A stretch of 64,000 bases of DNA from a candidate division FCPU426 bacterium (GTDB taxonomy: Bacteria; Oederibacteriota; PGYV01; Palsa-1178): NCBI GenBank assembly GCA_963840035.1, contig CAWIXE010000002.1, positions 1,600,001 through 1,664,000 of the forward strand, given 5' to 3'. The translations under genes were made by a program, and so were the position numbers. Positions 9,163-20,600 of the stretch are shown here, piece after piece; the first letter of the stretch is position 1, and each line of letters starts with the position of its first letter. The notes under the pieces are model-generated. The model searched no databases. It was not told where the DNA came from and was given only the letters and a program-made list of their open reading frames with translations.

Positions 9163-11017
9163 TTAAACCTTTTCGAACTCAAACCCCTTCTCTTTCAGCA
9201 ATTCCTGGCATATGTCCACCACTTCCGCGTCAAACTGTTTCCCCCTTTTGCCCACAACCTCTTCCAGCGCCTTGTCTATGCCAAAGGCGGCCCTGTATGG
9301 CCTGGCGAATGTTATGGCTTCCACTACGTCAGCCACCGCCAGAATCCGCGACTCAAGATATATTCTGTCTTCTTTTAACGCGTACGGGTATCCTGAGCCG
9401 TCGAGCCTTTCATGGTGCTGGAGTATGATGTCGGCAATCGGCCAAGGGAAATCTATGGTCTTTAAGACCTCATACCCCGCTTCGGGGTGTTTCTTTATGA
9501 TATCGTATTCTTCAGCCGTGAGCGGGCCAAGTTTATTCAGGATGGAGCCTGAGACAAATATCTTGCCTATGTCGTGTATCAACGCCGATATATAGATGCA
9601 GTTTACCTGCTCGGGCGGCAGCCCCATTTCCTGCGCTATGGCCTTTGCCAGCTGGGCTGTCCTGTGCTGGTGTCCCACGGTATAAAGATCCTTCTTTTCC
9701 ACAAGTTTTTCCATGGCGTTTATGATGCCATCCATGACTTTCTTAACCACCGCATTGCTCTTCCTGGCTTCTTCCTCGATTTTTTTCCTCTCCGTTATGT
9801 CGCGCACGGTTACTATGGCGCCCTTTATTTCGCCGGAAGCCCCGCGTAACACCCTGGCGCTCGCCTCCCCTGTCATCTTTTCCCCGCTGTACCTTAAAAG
9901 GCTGAATTCCTGCCCATGCATGACGCCTTCGGTAAAAACGCGGTTGAATAATTGTGTTGTTTTTTCCCTGTCAGCGGGCGTGATAAGGTCAAAAACCGAC
10001 CTTCCCACGAACAGATCCAGGCTCGGCGCCCCGTTCATTTCAAGGGCTCTGTCAGAGGCGTATATTATCCTGCCTGATGTATCCATGACAAAAACCGCGT
10101 CCGGAGAAACATCAATCAGGCTGCGGTACATTTCTTCCGATTCCTTCAGCTCATTTTCGGCTTTTTTGCGCCGTGTTATGTCCCGCGCAATCGAAACCGC
10201 AACGGTCATCCCGTCAAGTCCGATGCTGTGGGAACTTATCTCACAAAGCAGTTTGTCTCCATTTGACCTTATCAGGCACGATTCATAAACGGCGTGCTTT
10301 TCTTTCCGGAGTTTTTCCTGCGCTTTTATGTCAATATCCCTGCATTCAGGGGATTCAATATCCGAAAGCCGGAATGAAAGCAATTCATCCTTGGAGTATC
10401 CCATCATAGAACATGCCAGGTTATTGACCTCGATGAATTTTCCCGGTACGCCGTCGCCCATGGAGTGGATAAAAATGGCGTCATTCGCGTTGTCAAAGAG
10501 TATCCTGTACTTATCCTCCGTGATTTTCAGCGCGGACTCGGTGAACTTTGATTTTGTTAGGTCCCGTACAGCGTACATGACGGCCGAAGGTTTTCCCGAC
10601 GGTGTTTTTATTATGGTCGCGCTTATATCCCCGTAGAACCTCGCTCCGCCGAGCTTAAGGAATTTATACTCTACATTATTCACAAAGCCTTCAGATACGG
10701 CCCTTTTGAAATAGCCGAGGGCTTTTTCCCTGTCCTCGGGCGCGATGAATTCTATCAGGTTCCTTCCGGTAAAATCGCGCTGGCTCTCCCCGCCGTGCAT
10801 TTCCACAGTGTGTTCGGAGACATAGGTAATATTTGCGTCAAGGTCGGTTATGGTTATGGCTTCTTTAGAGGCCATGGTGAGTTTTTTATAAATTTCCTCT
10901 GATTTTTTAAGGCCTATAAGCGCGGCTTTAAGCTTTTTCCCGCCGGGGACAGCAGCCTTTTACGGGCCGGCGCTTTAGCAACCTTCTCTGTTTTTTTCTT
11001 TCTTTTTAAAGGCTTCA
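9163..11017 (-). CDS. PAS x3 + HD-GYP phosphodiesterase; the N-terminus joins via a frameshift near 10958 (intact ORF 9163..10875)
   Basis: HDIGK, HHERLDGSGYP, RPYR; frame extends upstream as LKKSEEIYKKL; GGAGG RBS + TTG near 11017 in another frame. Confidence 0.9.
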
Positions 11018-11055
11018 AAAAAACCTCCGGATACGACTCTGAATTTTAAGTTTTT

Positions 11056-11117
11056 GTAGGGGCGATTCATGAATCGCCCGCCTTCCGACGTTTGGGCAAT
11101 TCGTGAATTGCCCCTAC
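11056..11117. repeat. Inverted doublet of GTAG REPs (REPIN-like)
   Basis: GTAGGGGCGATTCATGAATCGCCC ... GGGCAATTCGTGAATTGCCCCTAC. Confidence 0.85.
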
Positions 11118-11159
11118 AAGTACCGGGCACAATAGCTTTCAACTAAAACCATGTTACAT

Positions 11160-12089
11160 CTATCCAATTGTAACATTATTCCTTCCATTATCCTTGCTCA
11201 TGTACATAAGTTTATCCGCCCGCTTTACGAGCTCATCTGCGTCATCTTCCCTTTTGGCCATTGTGGCGCCTATGGAAATGGTCACGTTTAAATTTTCATT
11301 TTCCACTGTCAGATCCGACTTCTCCACCAGGTTCCTCAGTTTTTCGGCTATTGCATAAAGCGACTTGTTGTCCACGGATGAAACAAGGGCCACAAACTCC
11401 TCGCCGCCCCATCTTCCTATAAAATCTTCCTCACGTATATTTGACATGATAGTCTTTGCCACCATTTTCAGGACCTTGTCACCGATGTCATGTCCGTGCT
11501 TGTCGTTAAAATCCTTAAAATGGTCCACATCCACAAACAGTACGCCAAAAGGCTCGACCCAGGCGTACCTGCTCATCTCAGCCAGTTTTCCGCCCAGCTT
11601 TATTTCGGTATAACGCCTGTTGCCTACGCCGGTTAAAGCGTCGATAAATGCCAGCTGCTCAAGCTTTTCTATCTTCTGGAAGGCTGAAAGCCTGGATGAA
11701 TTGTCGCTGAATATTTCCACAGCGCCTATTATTTTTCCCGTGTCATCCTTAATTGGGGATATCCTGGTCACAACAGGAAGCCTGTAGCCGTCCTTGTGCT
11801 TTAAGTATACTTCCTCTTCCACAAGTTTTTGTTCCTTCATGGCCCTCATGGCGGGACAGTTCTCGGACTTACAGAGGTTTTCGCCTTTTGAATTGGTGTG
11901 GGTGAGGATATTTGCCCAGCAGTGGCTTCCTATGATCTCTTCCTTTTTATACCCGGTGAGTTTTTCGGCGGCTGTGTTCCAGTATGTGATCTTGCGCGTC
12001 CAGTCGCAAAAGTAAACGCCTTCATACAGGTTGTCCAGTATGTTTTTGTAAAAATCCTTTTCGTATTTATTGGTTTCGTCTTCGGGCAC
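11160..12089 (-). CDS. PAS-GGDEF diguanylate cyclase
   Basis: PAS domain, DALTGVGNRR, DVDHFKDFND, RWGGEEF, I-site-like REED. Confidence 0.95.
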   Translation of the reverse strand: MPEDETNKYEKDFYKNILDNLYEGVYFCDWTRKITYWNTAAEKLTGYKKEEIIGSHCWANILTHTNSKGENLCKSENCPAMRAMKEQKLVEEEVYLKHKDGYRLPVVTRISPIKDDTGKIIGAVEIFSDNSSRLSAFQKIEKLEQLAFIDALTGVGNRRYTEIKLGGKLAEMSRYAWVEPFGVLFVDVDHFKDFNDKHGHDIGDKVLKMVAKTIMSNIREEDFIGRWGGEEFVALVSSVDNKSLYAIAEKLRNLVEKSDLTVENENLNVTISIGATMAKREDDADELVKRADKLMYMSKDNGRNNVTIG

Positions 12090-12195
12090 CGGCGCGACCT
12101 TCCTTGTCTGTTTTATTTATTATACCTTAATAAACACATCAGTCAAGGAGGTTAAAAAACATGACAGGATAGGAAGCATATGGCAGAGGCAGGGC

Positions 12196-12233
12196 GGGCG
12201 ATTCATACGAAGTCCCGTGGAAATCGCCCCTAC
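12196..12233 (-). repeat. GTAG-type REP
   Basis: GGGCGATT....AATCGCCCCTAC. Confidence 0.65.
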
Positions 12234-12258
12234 AAACACCGTAGTGAATTCAACAACG

Positions 12259-13074
12259 TTAAAACAGCGGCCCGCCGGAAACCGCGTCATTGCATTTTAC
12301 GCAGGCAGGGTCCCCGCAGTGTGTTGTGTCTGGCCTTGTAATAATAATATTGGAAGTAAGCGTCAGGAATTTACGGGCCGGAAATATGCGCCAGAGACTG
12401 CGTCCCACAACCGCATTTTTCTCCACCTTCCAGTAAAAAGCATCAAACCTTTCAAAACCCCTGTTGTAATTGAATATTTCAACCATCAGGGGTTTTCCGC
12501 TTATGTCCCTGGCCCACCTCACAAAAAGATTCCTGCCGGCCAACTGCTCCGCGTAACCCATGGCAGCCATTTTATCAAGGCCCGTGCCCATCAAAAGCAG
12601 GTATCCGTCAAACTGTATGAGGTTTTTTATAGGCGCGAATGTATCCATGGACTGCTGGGTCATTATAAGGTCCCCGGCGAACGGGCCTATGCCGGCGAAG
12701 GAACACAACTGGTGCTTTCCCCTAACCCGGCCTTCCCTGCTTAATACTTCCCGGGAAATCGCGCCGGCGTCATCATCCACGTCATTTTCCAAAGGGTCAA
12801 AAACCGCGTTAGCGGCTTCAGGATTTATAAAAATTTTCGAATAATCAAGGCCGTTATTTTTAGGCCTGAATTTTTCAGGAGGGGTAACCATGTATTTAAA
12901 TGAAAATGCCGGCGTTATGATGGTGCATCCGGCTTCCAAAAAGGCGTCAACAACGGTTTTAGCCCCGCCATCCACGGTGCCAAACGACTTTAATGAGGCG
13001 TGCATGCATACACATTTCTTGCTGAGGCCTGCCATATCAATGGCGGCTATTATCTGATTTTTTGTTACATCCAT
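12259..13074 (-). CDS. AAC(3)/YokD-family acetyltransferase paralog lacking the catalytic TxxH motif
   Basis: HASLKSFG.VDGG; AAMGYAE in place of TALHLAE; C-terminal HC...C..C. Confidence 0.85.
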   Translation of the reverse strand: MDVTKNQIIAAIDMAGLSKKCVCMHASLKSFGTVDGGAKTVVDAFLEAGCTIITPAFSFKYMVTPPEKFRPKNNGLDYSKIFINPEAANAVFDPLENDVDDDAGAISREVLSREGRVRGKHQLCSFAGIGPFAGDLIMTQQSMDTFAPIKNLIQFDGYLLLMGTGLDKMAAMGYAEQLAGRNLFVRWARDISGKPLMVEIFNYNRGFERFDAFYWKVEKNAVVGRSLWRIFPARKFLTLTSNIIITRPDTTHCGDPACVKCNDAVSGGPLF

Positions 13075-13142
13075 ATATACCCCCTTACTGCGACATACAT
13101 AGTATATACGTGGTTTTTGTTAAAAGCAAGTTGGGGGAATTA

Positions 13143-13895
13143 ATCACAAGTCCCAAGTCACAATCCCAAATCACAATTCCCAAATCACAATTCCCAAAAC
13201 AAGACAATATATTATCAGTCAAAATCCTAATTAGGATTTGGGACTTGGGACTTGGGCTTTGGGACTTGGGCTTTGGGACTTGGGCTTTGGGACTTGGGCT
13301 TTGGGACTTGGGCTTTGGGACTTGGGCTTTGGGACTTGGGCTTTGGGACTTGGGCTTTGGGACTTGGGCTTTGGGACTTGGGCTTTGGGACTTGGGCTTT
13401 GGGACTTGGGCTTTGGGACTTGGGCTTTGGGACTTGGGCTTTGGGACTTGGGCTTTGGGACTTGGGCTTTGGGACTTGGGCTTTGGGACTTGGGCTTTGG
13501 GACTTGGGCTTTGGGACTTGGGCTTTGGGACTTGGGCTTTGGGACTTGGGCTTTGGGACTTGGGCTTTGGGACTTGGGCTTTGGGACTTGGGCTTTGGGA
13601 CTTGGGCTTTGGGACTTGGGCTTTGGGACTTGGGCTTTGGGACTTGGGCTTTGGGACTTGGGCTTTGGGACTTGGGCTTTGGGACTTGGGCTTTGGGACT
13701 TGGGCTTTGGGACTTGGGCTTTGGGACTTGGGCTTTGGGACTTGGGCTTTGGGACTTGGGCTTTGGGACTTGGGCTTTGGGACTTGGGCTTTGGGACTTG
13801 GGCTTTGGGACTTGGGCTTTGGGACTTGGGCTTTGGGACTTGGGCTTTGGGACTTGGGCTTTGGGACTTGGGCTTTGGGACTTGGGACTTGTGAC
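13143..13895. repeat. Heptamer element: short left arm plus inverted right arm containing 45 perfect copies of TTGGGACTTGGGCT (13245-13874)
   Basis: Counted directly; left arm ATCACAA GTCCCAA.. 13143-13197; right end TTGGGAC TTGTGAC. Confidence 0.95.
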
Positions 13896-14713
13896 TAAAG
13901 CAGTACCGGCCCGCCCGCCACCGCGTCATTACAGCGCAGGCACTTTACGTCGGCGCAATGCGTTATTTCTGGTTTTAGCTGTATCACCCTTGCCGCCTGT
14001 TTTAAAACTTTATTCACGGGAAAAGCCCGCCAGACGCTCTCGCCGCACTGTTCTTTTTTATCAAGGTGGTTTATGTACGGGTCCAGATTCACAAATCCGG
14101 CCGAATCGCCTCCAACCTCTGCCGTAATTATTTTACCCGTTGAGTCCATTGCCCAGCGGACAAACATGTTCCTTCCGGCCATCTGTTCCGCAAGGTGCAG
14201 TGCCGTCATTTTATCAACACCTACGCCCATGAGCAGCACATGCCCCTGAAACAAAGCGAGTTCCCGCAAAGGCGCGTATACATCCATTGGCGACTGGGAT
14301 TTTATGAGTTCATGCGCGTATGGGCCGATGGCTGTGAAAGAGCAAAGCGGGTGATTACCCCGGACGCTGTTATTTTCCGCGAGCACGGCCAGTGGCAGCG
14401 CCCCCATGTCGTCGTCTATTTCCTTTGAACCCGCCGTGAAAACCGCGTCACCCGCGTTTTTTATCCATGATAAATCCGCGTAATCAACACCATTCCTCTT
14501 AAACCTCATGCCCTCCGGCGAAAACACGGCGTATGAAAATGAAAACGTCGGCACCATTACAGTGCACCCCGAATCAAGGAACGCTTTTATGACGGTATCA
14601 GCCCCGCCTTTTATCCCGCCAAAGGAACGCAGCGAGGAATGGATGCAAACCGATTTTTTAACAAGCCCGGCTTTTTTAATGGTTTCTGATATGTCTTTGA
14701 CGCTGACTGTCAT
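13895..14713 (-). CDS. AAC(3)/YokD-family N-acetyltransferase
   Basis: HSSLRSFG, TVMVPTFS, RGNHPLCSF, TALHLAE, C-terminal Cys cluster. Confidence 0.9.
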   Translation of the reverse strand: MTVSVKDISETIKKAGLVKKSVCIHSSLRSFGGIKGGADTVIKAFLDSGCTVMVPTFSFSYAVFSPEGMRFKRNGVDYADLSWIKNAGDAVFTAGSKEIDDDMGALPLAVLAENNSVRGNHPLCSFTAIGPYAHELIKSQSPMDVYAPLRELALFQGHVLLMGVGVDKMTALHLAEQMAGRNMFVRWAMDSTGKIITAEVGGDSAGFVNLDPYINHLDKKEQCGESVWRAFPVNKVLKQAARVIQLKPEITHCADVKCLRCNDAVAGGPVLL

Positions 14714-15498
14714 TGTTTCATTTTCTCCTTAACGCGGATCCTGGCGCGTATCTTCTCATTTAGAAGCTCCCTTATAGCGTCAGCCGCAATCCAGCGCGCG
14801 GACTTTGAATTGATGCGGGCTATTTCTCGCGCCGTCTTGAGCGCCTTCGCGTTTAACTTCATGGACTTTTTGCCTATGTTTCGCAGCGCCCAGTTAACGG
14901 CTTTCCTGACAAAGTTCCTTTCATCCACCGAGTATTTCTTTATTACCGGAAGGAACTTTTCAATTTCCGCGTCTGTCCTTCCCTTGCCAAACCAGCCTAT
15001 CATTGCCATAAGCGTAAAACCCGCGCGCCTGACAAATTCTTCCTTCCTTTTCGCCCACTCAAAGGCTTTTTTATAGGCGAACGGAGTATCGGATATCAGG
15101 TTATCACATACCTGGTCGCAGACATCCCACGAATCAAACCCGGATACCCAGCGCTCAAGCTGCGCGTCCGTTATCTTATCCTTTTCATCCACCATGGACG
15201 CGAGTATTCTCGCTTCGTGTATCCCTGAATCCCATAACCGCGCGGCAAGGCTGTGGTTGGGGGTCAGGCTTTTTGCCATGCCCCGGAGCGCCGGTATGGA
15301 AACGCCGATAGCCCGGTCTGCGCGTATGCCAAAACGCTTCATGGCTGAAACGTGTTTTTTGTCGGATTTGGATTTGAGCGCTTTCATCAGGGAGGAAAAA
15401 GTCACAGCCGCCTGCTTTCGTTTTTCATTTGAGGAATTTATTGGGGCAACAGGATGCAGAAAACAGAGCCTTTGTTCTCGCCTTCGGATGAGGCCCAC
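14710..15498 (-). CDS. AlkD-like DNA alkylation repair protein (true start probably ~15387-15405)
   Basis: LWDSGIHEARILA, FDSWDVCD, DERNFVRKAVNWALR. Confidence 0.9.
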   Translation of the reverse strand: MGLIRRREQRLCFLHPVAPINSSNEKRKQAAVTFSSLMKALKSKSDKKHVSAMKRFGIRADRAIGVSIPALRGMAKSLTPNHSLAARLWDSGIHEARILASMVDEKDKITDAQLERWVSGFDSWDVCDQVCDNLISDTPFAYKKAFEWAKRKEEFVRRAGFTLMAMIGWFGKGRTDAEIEKFLPVIKKYSVDERNFVRKAVNWALRNIGKKSMKLNAKALKTAREIARINSKSARWIAADAIRELLNEKIRARIRVKEKMKQ

Positions 15499-16610
15499 AT
15501 CACACCGCCATGCGCGTTGATGATGTTTTTCGCTATAAGCAGCCCCAACCCTATGATTTTCTGGGGCGGAGGTACGCTTATTTCAGAACTAAAGAATGGA
15601 TTAAATATGGACTTTATGACATCCGGCGATATTCCCATGCCGGTGTCTTTTATTGAAATCAGCGCGTATTTCCCGCCTGCAGGGCTGGCGGAAACCGCGT
15701 ATGCCGGGGCTCCGGCAGGAGCTTCCGCGCGGTTCTCAACCGAGACAAATATATCGGACTTTTCCCCGGAAAACTTTACCGCGTTAATCAGCAGGTTTGT
15801 TACCGCCTGTGATAACCTGTAAAAATCAGCCTGAGCGAAGACGTTGGCGCCTTCCGGCGCATAATTAATCCGGACCTGTTTTTCATCCGCAAAAGCCGCT
15901 GTGTCGGCTATGTCCCTTGTCATCAGCCTGGTTATGTCACAGTCTTTTTTCTTCACCAGAAAGTTTCCGGCTTCAATCTCTGATACGTTTATAAGGTCGT
16001 CAAGAAGCGTAAAAAGCTTTTGTGTGTTATTTTTAATTATTTCAGAATATTTCATGTCGCCTTTAAAGCCGCTTTGCGCACGGCTTTTGTCTATGAACGA
16101 AAGGGCGCTTTTGATTGATGACGCCGGTATTAAAAGCTCGTGAAATACCATGAGTATAAAGTTATACTTGATCCTGTCCTGCATCTCCAGTTTTTCTTTC
16201 TTGTCCTCTATCTCAAACTTAAGCCTGTTCCTCTCTATGCCGTAAAGCAGCGCCCTTTTTAAAAGGTCAGAATCTATGCGCCCCTTTACGAGGTAGTCCT
16301 GCGCGCCTTCCTTTAACGACTTCATGGCTGTCATTTCATCGTCCAAGCCGGTTAAAATGACTATGGGCACGTCAGGCGCCTTATCGCGCACCCTGTTTAA
16401 TGTGTATATCCCGTTTGAATCGCCCAGGCTTAAATCAAGGAGTATTACGTCGGGTTTGTCCTTTGTAATCGCGTTTAATCCGTTTAAAAGGGAATCCGCC
16501 ACATTAAGGTAGAACGGGGAATTCCTTACTTCCGAAAGTATTTCCCAGATAAGCCTGACATCCCCAGGATTATCCTCTATGAGAAGGACTTTAATATGCG
16601 ACTTTCCCAT
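15438..16610 (-). CDS. Hybrid response regulator-histidine kinase
   Basis: REC domain (LLIEDN, LLDL, GAQDYLVK), H-box FHEL, NLLINAVKF, DTGMGI, GLGL. Confidence 0.9.
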   Translation of the reverse strand: MGKSHIKVLLIEDNPGDVRLIWEILSEVRNSPFYLNVADSLLNGLNAITKDKPDVILLDLSLGDSNGIYTLNRVRDKAPDVPIVILTGLDDEMTAMKSLKEGAQDYLVKGRIDSDLLKRALLYGIERNRLKFEIEDKKEKLEMQDRIKYNFILMVFHELLIPASSIKSALSFIDKSRAQSGFKGDMKYSEIIKNNTQKLFTLLDDLINVSEIEAGNFLVKKKDCDITRLMTRDIADTAAFADEKQVRINYAPEGANVFAQADFYRLSQAVTNLLINAVKFSGEKSDIFVSVENRAEAPAGAPAYAVSASPAGGKYALISIKDTGMGISPDVIKSIFNPFFSSEISVPPPQKIIGLGLLIAKNIINAHGGVMWASSEGENKGSVFCILLPQ

Positions 16611-16619
16611 GTCCCCGCC

Positions 16620-17063
16620 TTATTTTGATTTTTGTATTATTGTAAACCAGAAATCTTCTATGGACTGAATGGTCACCACAAATCTGTCTAAGTCTATCGG
16701 CTTGGTAATGTAACAGTTGGCGTGGTTGGCGTACGCGCTTGTGATATCATCCTCGGAAGCAGAAGAAGTCAGCACTATGACAGGTATGGACTTAAGATCG
16801 TCATTATTTTTAATCTCTTTGAGCACTTCAAGCCCGCCTTTTTTCGGAAGCTTAAGGTCAAGCATGATAATATCGGGTTTGGATACTCCCGCAAAATCCC
16901 CTTTCTTCATAAGATAATTCAGCGCCTCTTCGCCGTCTTTGGCTATGTTAATATTATATTCTTTTTTGCCTTCCTTTAATGTCTCGACGATAAGACGCAC
17001 GTCTCCGGGATTATCTTCAACGAGCAGAATATTCAGCTTTCCCGACGGCCCTGTTTGAATCAT
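16620..17063 (-). CDS. Rcp1-like single-domain response regulator
   Basis: ILLVEDNPGD, LDLKLPK, ANCYITKP, FW. Confidence 0.92.
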   Translation of the reverse strand: MIQTGPSGKLNILLVEDNPGDVRLIVETLKEGKKEYNINIAKDGEEALNYLMKKGDFAGVSKPDIIMLDLKLPKKGGLEVLKEIKNNDDLKSIPVIVLTSSASEDDITSAYANHANCYITKPIDLDRFVVTIQSIEDFWFTIIQKSK

Positions 17064-17187
17064 TTTTTCCTCCTCATATCATGAAACATATTATATTACA
17101 GAAAATCTTTTTTTCAAGGTATTTCATTGCCCCGAAAAAAGCCTGAAGCCGCATGCAATCCTCGCCGCTATTAATGCGCGAGCGGGG

Positions 17188-17637
17188 TTATTCGCCCGGA
17201 AGTTTTACCACGCTCAGCCAGAAATTCTCGATTGACATGACTATCTTTATAAATTCATCAAGCCCCACCGGCTTTGTCACAAAGCAATTTGCGTTTAAGT
17301 CATAAGACTTCATAATATCGCTCTCCGAATCCGATGTGGAAAGGACCACAACAGGGATCCGTTTTAAGCTTTCTACGGAGCGTATTTCCTGAAGTACCTC
17401 AAACCCGCTTTTTTTCGGCAGGTTCAGGTCAAGCAGCACCACATCAGGACGCGGCGCGTCCGCGTACTTGCCCTCCCTTTTCAGGAAAGCCACGGCCTCA
17501 GCCCCGTCAACAGCCACGCTTAAGTTGTTTTGTATCTTAAAATCCTTAAATGTCTCCCTGATAAGGCGCACATCGGCGCTGTTATCCTCCACCAGCAGTA
17601 TCTCCACAGTTTTAACGCCGTCCTTTGATGCGATCAT
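17188..17637 (-). CDS. Rcp1-like single-domain response regulator
   Basis: ILLVEDNSAD, LDLNLPK, ANCFVTKP, FWLSVV. Confidence 0.92.
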   Translation of the reverse strand: MIASKDGVKTVEILLVEDNSADVRLIRETFKDFKIQNNLSVAVDGAEAVAFLKREGKYADAPRPDVVLLDLNLPKKSGFEVLQEIRSVESLKRIPVVVLSTSDSESDIMKSYDLNANCFVTKPVGLDEFIKIVMSIENFWLSVVKLPGE

Positions 17638-17656
17638 ATCCGCCTCCCATACTTTT

Positions 17657-20600
17657 TTATGCCGGAATACTGAAGTAAAAAACAGAGCCCCTGCCCTCTT
17701 CAGACTCCACCCACATTTTACCGCCGTGTGTCTCTACAATTTTTTTGCATATGGCAAGGCCTATCCCGGTCCCCGGGTATTCGGCGCTGCCGTGAAGCCT
17801 CTGGAATATGACAAATATTTTTTCATGATACTGTTTATCTATCCCGATGCCATTATCCTTTACAGAAAACACCCACATGCCTTTTATTTTTTCCGCGCCT
17901 ATTTCCACCTTCGGGGGTTTACCTTCAGTCCTGAATTTAATGGAATTGGCAATGAGGTTCTGCAGAAGCTGCCCCATCTGAAGCTCGTCCGCCTGGATTA
18001 CCGGCAGTTTTCCGCATGATATCTCAGCGCCAGTCTCAGCTATAACCGGCTGCAGGTTGTTTTTTACAGCTTCCATTACTTTTCCCATGTCCACATCGGC
18101 GTTTTCTTTTTTCTTGGTACCCACCCGCGAAAATGCCAGCAGGTCCTTAATGAGCTTTTGCATCCTGTCAGCCCCGTCAACCGCGTAACCTATAAAATCA
18201 TCAGCATCTTTACCCAGCTTGCCTTCGTACCGCTTCTTTAAAAGCTGGACATAACTTGACACCATTCTTAATGGTTCCTGCAGGTCATGCGAGGCCACGT
18301 ACGCAAACTGCTCGAGCTCTTCATTAGACCTCTTCAGATCGCCTATAGTCAGCCGCAGTTTTTCCTCTGTTTCCTTCAGTTCCGTGATATCCGCTTCTGT
18401 CATAAAATCAGCCGGTCTGCCATCATAAATAATTGACTTCGCGTAAACGTCCACCCATATCACCCTGCCGGCCGGCAACAACATCCTGCACTGGTAATTT
18501 TTTTCGTTTCCTTCCGCCCCGGACTGCCGTTTTTTTGCCATTTCCATTACCATTTCCGCGTCGTCAGGGTGAATAAACCTGACGAACTCGCCGGGTTTCC
18601 ATGAAAGCACATCCTCCCTGTCGCATCCGTTAATCTTAAGGAATGCCGAGTTAAAATACTTAAAGACGCCGTCCTGTATGATGCCGATTCCCAGCAATGA
18701 CTGATCTGAAAGCGTCCTGAATTTTTCCTCTGATTCCTTCAGGGCGTTTTCCGACTTTTTCCTGTCGGTTATGTCCTTCATGACACCTATGAACTTATGG
18801 GCCTTTCCGCTTTCGTCCGGCAAAAACACGCCGGTATCCTCTATGTACGCGTATAAACCGTTTTTCAGCCTGAACCTGTACTCCGCAAAAAACGCGCCGC
18901 ATTCTTCCTGGGCTTTTTCCATGGTGTCAAATGTTTTTTTCCGGTCGTCAGGATGTATCATCTGCCCCCATATGTCAATACTTACTTCCCTGTTAAACTC
19001 GTCCTCAGTAAAGCCGGTTATCTTGTATACCGCGCCGCCCCAGGTTATAACGCCGGTATTGATCAAATGCTCGTATACTAAAAGCCCTGTCTGGCTGACA
19101 ACGCTTCTGTACCGTTCCTCGCTTTCCTTCAGCGCCTGCTCTGCCGCGTGCCTGGCAGTGACATCCCTTATAGTGGCAATAATGGATTTGGGCCTGCCTT
19201 TAGCGTCCTTAAGCATTGAAGAATTTATTTCCGCGGTGAACTTAGTTGAATTCCTTTTTCTCGCGGTATATTCCCTCGCCGCCGCGGTATCACCGGTGTC
19301 AAACCCCGCCAGGTTCCTGGCTATGGCTTCCCGTGACTCGGCGGCGACAAAATCATAGATGGACATGCCAATAAGCTTTGAGCCGTTTTCATACCCGTGT
19401 ATGCGCGCCATCCTGTCCGAGGCAAAAATAATTTCACCGTCCAGGCTCACCATAATTACCGCGTCCGGGGAAGTGCTGACAAGCGTCCTGTAAAGCTCTT
19501 CCGACTCTATGATTTCATTCCTTGATTTTATCCTCTCCGTAATATCCCTCATGACCGTAAGGACGATAGGCTTTCCCTTCATCATGAATTTATGCGAATT
19601 ATTTTCAACCGCTATTTTCACCCCGTCCTTCCTTAACAGTTCCTGTTCATAAGTTGCTTTCCCAGTTTCGGCAAGCGACCTTCCTATCCCGGGATAAGTT
19701 TCCAGGAACTCTTTTGTTGACAGGTCTCTCGGGGTCATGCGGGTAAGTTCATTCCTGCTATATCCCGTAATCCTGCACGCCATTTCATTCAGTTCAATAA
19801 ATCCCTGTATCCTTCCTTCGCCGTCCATTTCGTTTATAAAAACACCGTCATTCATATTGTTATAAAGTTCCCTGTATTTTTCCTCGCTTTCCTTCAGCTC
19901 CTGCTCCGCCTTAGCCCTGAAGGAAATATCCCTTGCCACTGAAAGGATGAAAGTCTTTTCCTCAAACCTGAAGATTCTGGTCCTTAATTCGGCCGTTATT
20001 TTTTTCCCTTTTTTAGTTGTCATCTCAAAAATATCCGAGGAGGCTTCGGCAGCGCCGGCTTTTGCCATCATGCCCCTGATGCGTTTCATGCCGCCTTCTC
20101 CAACGAACTCATCAAGCCTCGTTTTAAACATTTCCTTCCTGGATATCTCGAACATTTCACATGTTACGTCGTTGAAGTCAACTATTCTGGCAAACGGCGG
20201 GCCTTCAGCCGGTTTTTTTTCCATTTCCATCAGAACGACCGAATCATTTGAGTTGTTAAAAAGCTCCCTGTAGAGTTTTTCGCTCTCCTCTATCTTCTTC
20301 TCGGCCTTTATCCTCGCCGTTGTCTGTGAAATGATATTCGCAAGGTCCAGAATAATCGCCTTTTTGTCGTTGTCAAAACCTTTAAACCCGGCGTTTACCG
20401 CTTCGACATCCATTGAGAGCACGCCTTCTATCCTGCCGTCTATGAACACCGGCATGGCAATGACAGACCTTAACCCGAATTTTTTTATGAGATCCTCAAG
20501 GATACCGGACACAACACCCTGCACGGCTACGGGAATAAAATCCACCTTAATCTGCCCGCCAAACTCGTAGAAAGCCCCTTTTTTCATAAAATTAAGGAGC

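Noticed and set aside
13062..14127. ORFs of LGLWDLGFGTWA or PKSQSPSPKAQV repeats
   Set aside because: By-products of a stop-free 14-mer array; no RBS; open in several frames.
12259..14713. Calling these acquired aminoglycoside resistance genes
   Set aside because: The family includes non-aminoglycoside enzymes; no integron or IS context; one copy lacks the catalytic His.
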